From the NCBI GenBank assembly GCA_036785375.1, contig JAWMAR010000050.1:9176001-9240000 (forward strand): a stretch of 64,000 nucleotides of DNA, written 5' to 3'. Below the pieces are notes generated by a model. It saw only the letters and a list, made by a program, of their open reading frames with translations, had not been told where the DNA came from and did no database searches. Below are positions 1 through 12,977 of the stretch, one piece after another (positions within the stretch are counted from its first letter, which is position 1; each line of letters starts with the position of its first letter). Origin of the DNA: Leucoraja ocellata (lineage: Eukaryota). A program made the position numbers and the translations under genes.

Positions 1-645
1 CACACCACCAAATTAAAAGACATTTCAGACAAGCAATCTACACCCGCCCCATTATTATCAGAAAAATACAAGTGTGAGAAGATTATGGGTGATGATTTCT
101 GCAGCAATCTGAGCTGGCGAAATTTAGATAATTTCAGCTTAAGAGAAAACAAATTTAATCGCACATCTGGAATTAATGCTGAACCATGAAGATTTAAATG
201 TAAAATATTTATCAGCGGATTATTCAGAAGTAAATAGAAACCACCTGAAAAATATATATTAAGAAGTCGTAATGTTAAAACTACATGCTATTATATAGAA
301 TGTTTATATTTCTGCAACAATCCTTGGAAACCTGTTTTAATCATCACATGCAAAGCTAAATTTGTATGAACACTCCAAGTGTGGTATAACTATCATAAAG
401 AACTTTGCAATAACTTTTCAATTAGCCCAATCAGTCTGTACTGGTGTTTATTCACCACTCAAGTCTCCTCGTATCTTTTCTTATCAAACACTTATCATCA
501 TCGGTCTCCAAAGGCATCTCTTTCATGTGCTTATTTCCCCTTAGTTGCTTCCACACTGTTCCCTACAGTCATTCCCAATACTTGCTAGTGGTACATCGTT
601 ACATATCTCTGGACACAGGTTTCTCCTGGATTCCACATTTCCTTT

Positions 646-760
646 CTTGAAGGGTCTCGACCCGAATCGTCACCCATTCCTTCTCTCAGAGATGCTGCCT
701 GTCCCGCTGAGTTACTCCAGCTTTTGGTGTAAAATTGCAGTTTGATTTCTTCTCCACACA
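646..760 (+). mobile_element. Penelope-derived short element (3' UTR fragment with partial hammerhead core)
   Basis: GAAGGGTCTCGACCCGAATCGTCACCCATTCC...GATGCTGCCTGTCCCGCTGAGTTACTCCAGC matches the 3' end of the GIY-YIG-bearing element at 32976-33655. Confidence 0.75.
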
Positions 761-1467
761 TTGGTACTTTATTTTCATCTATTCTCTGAAATGATCCACT
801 ATTTTAGTTTGCAAGGATCACTTCTCAACCTTCCCATTTCAATATAGCGGCCCAAGCCTGCTTGAATGTATAATCTCATATTTCTGCGACATTCCTTTGT
901 TCTAAACTTAATGCTTAGAACAAAGGAAATAAGAACAGAATGGGCCCATCAGTCACGCTAGCTGATCTCCCTCAACTTGATTTTTTCGACTGTATTCATC
1001 ACATTCTGCTGTCAGCCATATGTCACAATGTCTCATATAAAAGGTACATTATATACTAATCAGTATAACGTTCATATCAGTTTCCAGTTCATAGCTTGCA
1101 TGTTATGTTATTTTTTATGTTAGATGTTTTAAAACATGTTTTATTAGCTGAAAACAAATTTCTCAGTTTTCATGTAACCTCGACGTTCTCCTTTAAAGAA
1201 GGGAGAAATAATTAGATTGCACACCCCAGGACTGAGCTCACAGACAGCATGAATTAATACAAGATTGTTACTGGCTTATCCAGCATTGTTCTTTTTACAT
1301 TAATTAAACATCATAATTCTGTAGGGAGATCAAGTTATCAAAATAATAATAAATGTATTAAGAAAAATATAATAAAGGGCTCAACTAATGAAGACAAATC
1401 CAAATTATATAACTATATACAATGAACTATATACGAAAAGGCATTTGGTAAGGTTCCAAGCAAAATA

Positions 1468-1684
1468 TTACAGGGATTCCCGACTTATAAAAGAGTTCTG
1501 TTCTTGGAAAAAATCTTATTAAGTGAAAATCTTTTGGCACAGTGTGTTCCAATGCATGAAGATTGCTGTGATATTTAGGATAGCGAAATATATTTGTAAG
1601 TTAGTGATATGTACCCTAAAAAATAAGTGAGGACATAGCAAAAATTAATAAACTCAATTTCCATAAATTAAGGAATCGCTGCAA
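1468..1684. mobile_element. Degenerate Tigger/pogo-like MITE
   Basis: TA-CAGGGATTCCCGACTTAT left end and ATAAATTAAGGAATCGCTG right end are imperfect inverted repeats. Confidence 0.35.
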
Positions 1685-1688
1685 AGAT

Positions 1689-2056
1689 TAATAGACAATA
1701 GGTGCAGGAGCAGGTCATTCGGCCCTTCGAGCCAGCACTGCCATTCAATTTGATCATGGCTGATCATCCCCAATCAGTACCCCGTTCCTGCCTTCTCACC
1801 ATATCCCCTGACTCTGGTATTTTTAAGAGCCCTATCTAGCTCTCTCTTGAAAGCAGCCAGAAGAACCTGCCTCCACCGCCCTCTGAAGCAGAGAATTCCA
1901 CAGACTCGCCACTCTCTGAGAAAAAGTGTTTTCTCGTCTCCATTCTAAATCCTTATTCTTAAATTGTGGCCTTTGGTTCTGGACTCTCCCCAACATCGGG
2001 AACATGTTTCCTGCCTCCAGCATGTCCAAACCCTTTACAATCTTATATGTTTCAAT
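1689..2056 (-). mobile_element. CR1/HER1-type LINE, 3' fragment
   Basis: Translates to CR1 ORF2 C-terminus (FSQRVASLWNSLLQRAVEAGS); same 3' UTR and TAGACAA tail as 18270 and 49600 copies. Confidence 0.85.
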
Positions 2057-2554
2057 TTCCCCTGAATTCCATTAAATAATGGGATTCAGGGGAAATCAGG
2101 GAAATGAGTAAGGAATTGAGTTAAGTGTTGAAAACAAATGAAATTGGGATAACAATCACATATAGGGTGGAGGGGATTTAAGATACCTTCTGCTGAAACC
2201 ACCACGATTTCTCATTTACTACTGCTCATTCCATTCTATAGCAATAAATGGTAGCAAATAGGTGGATTTGGAAAAGTCAAATTGCAAATCACAGATGAGC
2301 TAACAAAATATTTGATTTGACAAATAATGCAATTTTATTTCTTCACTCGGATAAATGGGAAACTCCTCAACAAAATGATGAAATGGCCAAGAAGGAACCC
2401 AGAATTGTCAATAGACTCAAATATCAAAAAATGTCCATACAATGTATTGCAGAAAAATTCTGAAATTTATGGTGAAAAAAGCAGAAAATACCGTACATTA
2501 GATGAATTTCTGGATTAACAATACCGTACTCTAGTCAGACCAATTTTGTAATAC

Positions 2555-2640
2555 TGTGTGTAGGAAAGAACTGCAGATGCTGGTTTAAATCGAAGGTAGA
2601 CACAAAATACTGGAGTAACTCAACGGGTCAGGCAGATGCT
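2555..2640 (-). mobile_element. Penelope-derived 3' tail fragment
   Basis: TGTGTAGGAAAGAACTGCAGATGCTGG...CTGGAGTAACTCAACGGGTCAGGCAG is the reverse complement of the family 3' terminus. Confidence 0.75.
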
Positions 2641-3235
2641 AAAAAGATCACCAAAAGAGGAAATAAACACAGAAATGATGGAGACAGAACCCAGGAGGCA
2701 GATTTTGATCCCCATAGACAGGAATGTGAGAGATGAATGGAGAGTTAAGTTTTCAGCAGATGACTGAGAGGTAGTTTACAATGGACTTATTAGATAATAA
2801 CTAGTCAGGAAATGGTTACTCTGGTCTGATTTAAAAAAAATTAAGCAGGAGCAAAAGTTCAAATTAATGAAAGTAAAAATAAGCTTAACATAGGAAGCAA
2901 TCTATATTTTCAGTGCCCTTTTTAGCACTGATAAGAGGAATAACCCCTGGAATTAATTAGGAAGCAATAGGTGCAGCAGTGGCGAGCAAAGTTTTCCAGG
3001 ATGGATGGATGGGTTATTGGATTCACATTGGATTTCTATTACATAGCATGTTCAATTGCACAAAAGGAGACAAGAAAAAATATGGGGCACACTTTGCTGA
3101 AAAAAGACATCTGAATTGCACGATGTTATTATTATGAATTAATATGAAAATTGGCCAACTATATATGTAAAAAGGACATTCTGTGCCTCAAAAAGTGGTC
3201 TGGTGTGTAGTATTTTGCCTTAACTATGTGATAAC

Positions 3236-3460
3236 TTTAGAAATGCAGCAGAGAAACAGACCATTGGGCCTATTGAGCCTGTGCCGACGTGATCACGTCG
3301 TACACAAACATTATCCTACACACATGGATAATTTTACTGAAGCCAATTAACCTACAAACCTACATTTTGGAAGTGTGGGAGGAAAGTGTGGGAGCACCCG
3401 GTGAAAATTCATGCAGTCACAGGGAGAATGTACAAACTCCATAGAGACTGCACCTGTAAT
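3236..3460 (-). mobile_element. HE1-type V-SINE, degenerate
   Basis: Reverse complement of the central domain seen at 35066-35372 (GCCAATTAACCTACAAACC...CACAGGGAGAATGTACAAACTCC). Confidence 0.7.
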
Positions 3461-4519
3461 CTGGATCTCTTGTCTAGAGAAGTCAGATACTCTACTGCTG
3501 CACCACAGTACTGCCCAATTCTCATTAACTCAAATTTTCTTTAGTTCAGCAACTTTAGTTTTTCCTCCTGAATACTTCTACTATTTATTTCTTATTCCTT
3601 GAATTTCAGTGATTAAATATATTTGCTGTTGATACTGTTGTCCACAGGTTCCTAGATATCCTGTTTCACTCATTGTAACCATGCCTTCTGACAACTGGGT
3701 GATGAAAAAAAACCTAAACGCCTAGCTATAGGTTCACAAATGGGACTTCCTACAATATGTACTGTTCCAGCAGAATCAAGCTCCAATGCCACCACAAAAA
3801 TAATCAGATCACATGACATTCTAGACACAGCAACTGTCTTTAAGTATAAAGGACACTTGACATGAAAATAATAAAAGGCTTGATACAGAGAACCTGAATG
3901 CAAGGATGATGGATATCATTACATAAAGGAACAGTCAAGCTTCATAGATTTTTTTGAAAGTTATTGAGCAGTTGCAGGTGTACATCAACACACCTGTCAG
4001 TATAAACTTGCAAGTCAGGATAACCATTAATATATTACATTGAACCCATACTAGTACAAGATCCACTCCAGAGACTGTTTCAAACCATATGTGCTTCACA
4101 CATGGCACATTTTGGCACAAATCCAATGCAAAAAGTGATCTAGCAGGTATCCATTTAAAATAATTATGAGAAAGCAGATGCTCCTGACCCTTCTGTCATG
4201 GGAAATGAACAACGGATAACCCAATACGAGTTTCAGCCAGCAGATACTAAATAGTGCATAAACACAAATAGGAAATGCAATAAACAGAATCAACTAGAAT
4301 TCTAAGCATTAAGGTTGCAGGCAGTTTATATTAAATCAAGTAATTAAATCTGCACATTGCTTATGCCACAATTAGAGAACAGTATGCAGTTTGAGGCACT
4401 TCATTATAGAGAAATATTGGAGCCATGGAAAGTGTACATCCAGATACAGTAGGACAGTTACTGGATTAGGATCAAGAAGCCTGGAGAATTGATCTAGAAA
4501 CTCAAATCCAATTATGAAT

Positions 4520-4740
4520 TAAATCTGATGAACCCATGAAAATGTGAGATTGTCATAATAATCTATATGGTTCACTAATGTCCTTCTCGATAGGAAATGA
4601 GATAAACTTGCCCAGTCTGCCTTGCGTGTGAATCTAGATTCACAGCAAGATGGTTGACTTTTGACTGGCCACTGAAATGACCACATTTCTTGGTTTAAAG
4701 ACAATTAGGGATGAATAATAAATGTTGGGATATTATTATT
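4520..4740 (+). mobile_element. Ancient SINE remnant
   Basis: GGTTCACTAATGTCCTT...GGTTGACTTTTGACTG...CAATTAGGGATG resembles from memory an old chondrichthyan SINE; not verified. Confidence 0.45.
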
Positions 4741-6294
4741 TAGAATGAGAAACAAAAACCATAACAATTAATGTTCTTGAGGTCTTACACTCCAGGTTTG
4801 TATCTCATTAATTCCTCCTTGCATTATTTGTGTTACAAGCCACAGCATGTCTCCATCTGTAATATGTCAAGTGTATAAAAAATGTGATTAATGAAGCATT
4901 AGTGTAATTGGATGGTTGCAGGCTGGCTTAGTCTTAGCAGGCCAAAAAGGCCTGTTTCCATGACACTAAAAATAATACTAAATGGAGATTTATTGCAAAT
5001 TCAGTAACATTAGTGAAAGGGTATTGGTGACTCCTTTGGCAGATAGTGGTACTGCATCACTTTGTAGACAAAACTATTTGATATGTAATATTTTTAAATA
5101 TATCATTTTTAAATTTTGTTACAATCAAACTGAAAATTGATGCGGCAAACAATCCCAGGAAAGTTATTCTACTTACATGTTGACATCTCTTCTATTCTGC
5201 CCTCATAACACATTCCATATCCTTGAGCCTTGTACTGCCAGTACCATCTGTTTGTGGACTGTGAATTACTTTGATAATTTGGTGGTATTTATGCTATGCC
5301 AAGTTTTCACAACATCTTGAAATTGGGTTTGAGACGCTGAAACTTATTTCACTTACGCATAACTTCATCCCGTGGGATTGGGTTAGATTTGAGTCCAAGA
5401 GGAAACTTCTGGTCCTAGAAATGTTTTGGCCCCATTTGTAGTGTGTGATGGGCTAATTATTAAAAAGCTGGCTGCTGCATAATTCTACTACATAACTGAT
5501 CCGAGGTAACCTGCACCATCGAGCGGATCATGCACATTTCATGTTTTGGAAATTCTATCGTCCACACTCTACCATTATCAAAAACGTGAAGGGTGTAGGT
5601 TTGGGTGAGTGGCAGTGCAGAGCAGGAGGTCTCAAGGCTTACCCATTGCAAGCAGGTAAGTGGAAGTGCATAGGTTGAAAAGAACCAGCCGGGGACAAGT
5701 TAGAAGTACACTTTAACAAATATCAAGGCAGGTTCCACAATGTTGCTGCTTAGCCCTCCTGCTGCATGACTGACCCACGACTTTTACAAGCCTTGCATGC
5801 AGGAAATAAAATCATGGACGTGGCTTCTAACAGTTTATTGTGCACTTTATTGTGCACTTTTACAGTGAAACTCTTGATTGTTTTTAATAATCCATTATTA
5901 ATTGAATCTGAATTAAGCATCACCAAAAAGTTGCAGCATGCAATGAAAGTCCTGTCACAGCATCTAACCCCCCTATAATGCCTCTGGTATTAAAGTGATT
6001 AATGTTGAATTAAATTAGTTGGATCTGAAGTGAATATGTTAACCATTATTCACTGAAACTACCAGATTTTAAAAATTCAATTTGACTTTATATTCCCTAA
6101 ACATTGCCGTTCTCTTCCTTTTTATTTTCCTCCAACCTAACACTTCTATGTTTTTTTGTAACAATTTAATTATAAATCTGTAAAGATGCATTGATGTTTT
6201 ATATTCTTTAAATATTGTTACAAAAAGGACATAAATTTCTTGTGTCATTCACAAGGAATGGCAATGTGTGAGTTTTGTTGACAGTAGATTCATA

Positions 6295-6605
6295 AGTAGG
6301 CATAGTCACACAGCATGCAAACTGGCCTTACAGCCTAACTCATCTAAGCTAGTTACATTTCCCCTTTGTTTGGCTTAGATCCCTCTAAATATTTCCTATT
6401 CACATAGCTGTCCAAGTGTTTTAAATGCTGCTGTAGTATCTACCTCAACTACCTCCCCTGACAACACATTCCATATATCCACCACCATCTGAGTGAAAAG
6501 GTTGCCCTCAGGTTCCATTAAATTGTTCCCCTCTCATCTTACACCTGTGACCTCTGCTTCTTGATTCTCCTACTCTGGGTAAAAGAACTAGCATTCACCC
6601 TATGT
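6295..6605 (-). mobile_element. Old CR1-type LINE 3' fragment
   Basis: Degenerate match to the CR1 3' region at 31540-31850 (CTCAACTACCTCCCCTG...ACCACCATCTGAGTGAAAAGGTTGCCC). Confidence 0.65.
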
Positions 6606-7829
6606 AAAGGCCTGGGAGAGAATGATGACAGACTTGTAACATCCAGTAATAAAAACAGAAAATATTGTTCAGCAGTGTGGCAGCATCTGTGGTGAGAGAA
6701 ACAGAATCAATGTTTCAGGTAACTCTACTTTAGTCTCCAAAGAATGTTACCTGACCTGCTAAATATTTTCAGCATTTTCTGGTTTTACTCGAGTTCCTAC
6801 AACTGCATTTGTTATTTTGATTTTCAATCAGTGATACTGGATATTTCCTCATGTTTATTATCACTTCATAATTCTGATCAATCCACAAATGCTGTGCCTT
6901 CTGCTTCCACGTCATCTATTCCTGGAATACAAACCGGCTTCTTTCTCTTCCATTATTTTTGCAAAACCTCTGCAAGAATATTACATTATTTATAAAATTT
7001 ACGAATAAATAATGCAGTGCATTCACGTCACCCTTCTCAACATGCCATATTGTTCCCTTTACAGTACTGTGACATCAATGTTCTTTTACCTACATTCCTC
7101 AAGTACACAGCCCGAGGGGTTTACCTCTTCAATGTACAATGATGATGCTGCCTTAAACTGACCTTTCTTCACAGAGGCTTCTGAGCATCGGACACCTCCA
7201 ACAGCACGGAGTCCTGGATATTAGAAAGTACCAATCTGCAACAATGGTCACCTCTTTACAGACCCAGATGTCATCACATTAAATGCTGCATGACTTCCTG
7301 AACATCATTTGTGGATTATGATTCGTGACATTGCCTGCTGAACTTCCATCCACATTTAAAAGCACAACTTGAGATAGTAACACCGTTCATAATATTTAAC
7401 TGCTCAGGAGTGCAGCATTAATAGATTGTTACACACATTCAAAAACATGCCTAACCTCAGAAAACATTGATCTAAGGTGAGGACTGAGTTGTGTTAGTTT
7501 GTCTTTCTTCTCTCTCGTTTATTATATTGTTTACAGTGGATCATGTTTACATATTTTGTTGTGCAGCTGCAAGTAAGAATTTCATTGTTACATCCAGGAC
7601 ATATGACAATAAAACACACTTGACTCTTGAGTTTCAGAGTGACCATGAGGAAATATTGTGTCCACCTAGAAGATGGCTGGAATTTAGAATGCGCTGCATG
7701 ACGTGGTAGTGGCAGGTAGCCTCGCAGCATTGAAGAAGCATCCAGATAAGTATTTGAATCATCATGGCACAGTAGGCATCAGACCAAGAGATGGTAAATA
7801 GGATTAATGTAGATAGGTACCTGACAGTC

Positions 7830-8225
7830 ACATAGACGGCACACCAAGAAGGCACACAAACACCTCGTCTTCCTTAGAATGCTTAGGAAGTTTGGCATGT
7901 CCCCCACAACTCTCACCAACTTCTACAGATGCACCACAGCAAATATTTTATCAGGATTCATCACAGTTTGGTTTTGGAACAGCTCCGTCCAGGACCGTAC
8001 GAAATTGCAGCTAATTGTGGACGGAGACCAGGCCATTACATAAACCAAACTCTCTTCTATTGATTCCATTTATACCTCACGCTGCCACGGCAAGACCAGC
8101 AGCATAATCAAGGATGAGTCACACCCTGGCCACTCCCATGTATTGTCTTTCTGCTGACTGGTTAGCATGCAACAAAAAGCTATTCACTGTACCTCGGTAA
8201 ACATGACAATAAACTAAAGTGAACT
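7830..8225 (+). mobile_element. Rex1/Babar LINE 3' fragment
   Basis: Similar to 14060-14360 (AAGAAGGCACAC...ACCAACTTCTACAGATGCACC...GCATAATCAAGGA), ends TGACAATAAACTAAA. Confidence 0.7.
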
Positions 8226-8264
8226 GGACATAGTGGGCTGTGCGGCCTGATTTCTGCTGTGTAA

Positions 8265-8802
8265 AGGGGCTGTCCCAGTTGGGCGACCTAATTGGCGAAT
8301 TTAGCGAGTTTGAGAAAATTACATGTTGAAGACCTCCTTCAACTATGTAGAAGACCTCCTTCGACCTTCTTCGACTATGTTGAAGACCAGCTTCGACTAG
8401 CTACGACTAACTTCAGGAAAATTGGACACCGAATAGTGGGGAGTGAAGATGACCTCCTTCGATCTCCTTCGACCTCCCTTCGACTATTATGAAGACTATC
8501 TACGACTACCTTAGACTACCCTTGATTACCTACGACTAACATGCCGACCTAATATGACTAAACCTACGAGTAAAAAAAGTATCGATTTTTTTCCATGGCG
8601 ACCTTGTTTTATTCGCGGGCATTTTTTAACATTGAAAAAACGCCGCGACCTAGCTGAGGTCTCAAGTACGTGAAGACCACTCTCGAGCATGAAGGACAGT
8701 TACGAGGATCTCCTACAACCTCGTGTCGACCATACTGCGAGTATGAGTCGAGGGCAAACTCCCAGAACTCGCGGAATAGGTCGCCCAAGTGGGACAGGCC
8801 CT
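8265..8802. mobile_element. PIF/Harbinger-type MITE
   Basis: 26-bp TIR AGGG(G/C)CTGTCCCA(G/C)TTGGGCGACCTA, flanked by TAA at 8262-8264 and 8803-8805; internal CGACTA/GACCTCCTTC micro-repeats. Confidence 0.85.
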
Positions 8803-8899
8803 TAACTCCGTCACTAAACTAGATCTTGAAGTGGACCTAAATAATCAGTACACAAAATAATGATGCTGTACATTAAACATTCAAATATGAATGTTTAAT

Positions 8900-9432
8900 G
8901 TAGGAAGAAAGCTGGAAGAGTGAAGGGGCAGGACAAAGCCTTGTAAGGGGTGGATGGATACACGCAAGGGGGATTTTCGCTAGACAGATGTTTGGACAAA
9001 GGCCAGAGATGAAAAATTAAAAGGTGTGTGATAAGAATGGAAGGGATACAAATTGTGAAGTCAGAGGAATCAATATAGGGAAAAGGGGCGGGGAAAGGGG
9101 AGAAATTAGTGCAAATTGTGAAGTTAGGTTTGAGTATAGGTGGAAGGGGAGGGGAAAGGGAAGAAATTGGTTCTGGTGGGGGTTCAGGGAAGAGAGGGGG
9201 AGGAAGAGAAAGGGGGAGAGGAGAACTACTCCCCTTCTCGTTATCTCACTCTCTCTTCCAGGTGTCCCACCTGGAGTGCACCCATTTCTCACCTTCCACC
9301 TATATTCTCTCCTCTGGTTTCACGTCAGAATTCTACTATCATTATCTCGCACTTTTTGCATCTCACCTGCACCAGAGTTACTGCCTGACATGCTGAGTTA
9401 CGCCAAACATGTTGTGTCTTTTATTTCCACAC
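8900..9432. mobile_element. Older Penelope-derived inverted composite
   Basis: Purine-rich minus-strand arm followed by a plus-strand arm ending TACTGCCTGACATGCTGAGTTACGCC like the family 3' end. Confidence 0.5.
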
Positions 9433-9675
9433 AGTGAATGTTCGAGCAGTTCAAATGGCCAAATCCTGTGCCCATTCATTTCTTTTCCAAAGTTCCATTG
9501 GTCCAGCATTCTGTTACTCTTCTTTTTGCCTTCCATCTATTTCCCTCCATGACTACCACACACTTCATTGCTGTTTATTGCTCTCTATGACTCTTCATCA
9601 CTGGACTAATGGGAAAGTACAACCTGTGGTTGTTTTGCAAAGTACTTCATTTAATTTATTTCCTGAAATAAAGTA

Positions 9676-10139
9676 CAGTAAACCCTCGTTATTACGAGCC
9701 ATAGCGGGGGGGGGGGGGGGGGGGCGGGGAATGGTGTCCATTATTGCTGATTGTCCGCTATAACCAAGTGGAATTTATGGCATTTCAAATGTAGAGACCC
9801 AACAATAAAATGGAGGTTAAGCGAGAACTGCACTGACAGAGGTGCACTTTTTCAGCTGAAACATTAAAGCAATGCCTTACCTGCCCTAAGCTACAAAGCT
9901 CCAAGGTCTGAATACAGCAATACAGACTGTGGCCGAAGAAGCTGTGTGGGCAGGGGGTGGACGTGACGGAGGAAGAGGCTGTGTCTGGGGGGGGGGGGGG
10001 GGGGGGGGGATAGACAGCAGGCACGGCAGAGGATGACGTTGGGAGTCCAGCCTGGCAGTAAATTTCCGGAGGTCTGTCCACTATAACACTGTAACCAAAA
10101 TCCACTATAAAGGAGGTCCATAAAAATGAGGGTTTACAG
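9676..10139. mobile_element. Tc1/mariner (Tigger/pogo-like) MITE
   Basis: TIR CAGTAAACCCTCGTT / AATGAGGGTTTACAG, TA on both sides (9674-9675, 10140-10141); two long G runs inside. Confidence 0.75.
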
Positions 10140-11654
10140 TACACATACTGCCCTAAACTGTATTGCAGAATAGGACATTAGGTGTCACCAATCTTCCAAG
10201 TATTTCTCTTGATTAGCTGCACAGTTCCAAAATCTAATTTTTATGGTAACTCTTGATCAGATTAGCAAGGAGTAGAGCAGTGCAGATGTTTTTTAAACAT
10301 ATAAAGAGTAGGTGTCAGCAGTGCTATAATGTTCAGCTGACTATCTGCACAGTTCAATAGCAATTTTGATCGCGTGCCTCATTTGAAATGGCTGACTGAT
10401 AATAAAAGCGATATTCAATACAATCATAGAATATGGATAAAATCAACAAGAAAATAGGAGATTACATTAAGAGTGCTTTACCTAGTATGCCATCCACACC
10501 TACTTGTACCCTCGTGTTCCATCATGGACGCAACCTGAAAAGCAATTGGGCAATCTTCAACAGTTGACACATCTGTCACTGTTGTGCAAAGCCCAGCTAA
10601 TTACTGAAATTGAAATGCTTCCAAGGTCATTCATAAAATCCAATAAAGCATGCTTACACAAAATAGATTGTGGACTGGAGAGTTAGTTCGCATAGTACCC
10701 ATTCATAGAATAGTTTTTGTCTGTTTTGCATCTGCCTCAAGCAAATAATCTGAGATAATGGGTAGACACAACACAAACCAAGCAACTATCTGACCGGCTC
10801 AAAGGAAAGTGGTTTTGAGATGTAATTGAATCCATGCAAAGATCCTTCTCCAGTTCAATTACCGTCATGATTACTCTTTATATTTCATCTACTTACACAT
10901 TCCTATATTCGCCAACATGGTAGCACTGCGATTTTCAGAAGCATCCTCTTGCCACCATTCTAATGTGAATTATTTTACCTGGTCAGTATTAAAAACTATC
11001 ATGCAGAGCTCAATGTTCACTGTGCTTGCAACAACCAAAACCACCAAAACAGACACATCTGACTGACGCAAAACTGCATTTCGTTGTACTGATACTTGTA
11101 TTTGTGCGATGACATTAAAGTTGAATTGAATTGAATCTATTCCATATGAGAGGAGTACCGCAGATTACATGATTTACAAGAGGTCCAGGAAGAAATAAAT
11201 TCTCCTGCTGAAAATGCACCCTCCTGCTCTGAGTTCACTTGCTGGTTTTCACAAAATGAGCATCGAGACTGTCTCTATGTAATGAACTCATTGTGTTTTA
11301 AGGATGTCAGCAATAAACAGACTTCCCTGCCATTGATAACCTCAAAGAAAGTTCCCAACAAAGGTGCTGCGATCAGAGTGTGCGAATTCCCCTTTTCCAA
11401 CAGTGGCTATCAAGTGTCACTTCTAGCAGAACTCTGTTGACCAGCAAGTGATATCATCAAGCAGACTTAATAACTAGTCAAATAACTACAAACTTAGAAG
11501 CACATATCTGGACAACTTTTTAAACATATTGTTAAATTGAAAATAAAGTTTGAAGCAGATTCATGAGTTTAAGGAAATGGCCAAAACATTAAAAACAGAA
11601 TTGAGCTGGTTGTGGCCAGAGATTCAGAGAGAATATGCTGCCATTTAGTTACTA

Positions 11655-11788
11655 TGTGTAGGAAGGAACTGCAGATGCTGGTTTAAACCGAAGATAGAGT
11701 CTGAAGAAGGGTCTCGACCCGAAAAGTCACCTATTCCTTTTCTCCAGAGTCTGACCCGCTGAGTTACTCCAACTTTTTGTGTCTACCA
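11655..11788. mobile_element. Penelope-derived inverted-pair insertion with hammerhead core
   Basis: Inverted 3' tail followed by CTGAAGAAGGGTCTCGACCCGAAAAGTC; 15-bp TSD GCCATTTA(G/A)T(T/C)ACTA at 11640-11654 and 11789-11803. Confidence 0.8.
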
Positions 11789-12977
11789 GCCATTTAATCA
11801 CTAGCAGGTAACTACTCCGAAACTCATATGGCCTGGTGCCAGATCCAAGACAGGCCTAGTGGTAGGAGCACAATTTACTCCCCTCAGTTGTTGGGCTGCA
11901 AATGGGGCTCAGCTGCAGAAACCAGTCATGCTAGGATTCCCCACCGTTGTGCTCAGGAATCTTCCCGAGATTTTATACTATTCTCCCATAGGATCGGATT
12001 CCCCTTTGATTTGAATGGGGATTCCCAATCCGGCAAACACAGTTATTTATACTTTACATATTTACTTTATTTTTTTGTTAATTAGTTAACACATTTTATT
12101 TACTTAATTAAAAAAAAATGATTTTTCATATTTTAATTATCTAAGTATTTTATAGAATTATAAATATCCTTACAGTGGCACGAATCAACCTCGATTCAAT
12201 ATAACAAATTTTAAAATGAAATAAATAGGCAGACACAAGGAAATACAAATGGTGGTTCATAAAAAAGACACCAAGTGCTGGAGTAACTCATCGGGTCAGG
12301 CAGCATCTCTGGAGAACACGGATAAATACACATTTTGAAATTTATCAGAGGGAATTGTAATGGAAATATCATGCATTGTTCATGCCAGAGTTGTTAAGCT
12401 GCTCTAATAACGGTACACAATTAAGATTTCACAAAACCTCTGCAATATTTGCAGAGATATTTGTTATGTAAAATGCATGTAAATACTTTGGCCTACAAAA
12501 TAATTCGCATTGTGCTCGGCTTTTTCAGCACTATGGAACTGAAAATAAATTTAATCCAGGGTAAGTCACATATGGGACTATTTCTGGGTCATATGACAGA
12601 AAGTGTAACATTTGGCCAGCCAAACCCACTGTAGGGGAATTTGGACTACATTTCCTGATATGTACTTCATAGAACACTCCCAAAACATTATCTAACTCTC
12701 ACAGCATTGTCCTGGTGTCAGATGCAGTTAGATGAGAAATGTGTTGAATAGTTATTCCCCCAGCATTGACTGTCACCCTACTACACTGATTACCACATGT
12801 CCCAAACTCCTGCATATCCCTCATCTATGCCTACAGTTGTGTTTCCACTTCTGGCCCCCGACACTCATAGACTATAGACTGCCTCACCTTCCTCATTGTT
12901 GGTCATCATTCTTCTCCCAACTCACCAATTCGAGTAGCCTCCTTCCTCAATGAGGCAGAAATCAGGAGGCAGCTCAA

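Noticed and set aside
10482-10534. 53-nt minus-strand exon candidate (TTTTCAG...TAG|GTAAAG)
   Set aside because: Stop codon in the phase required by the 44385 exon; peptide unrecognised; such sites arise by chance
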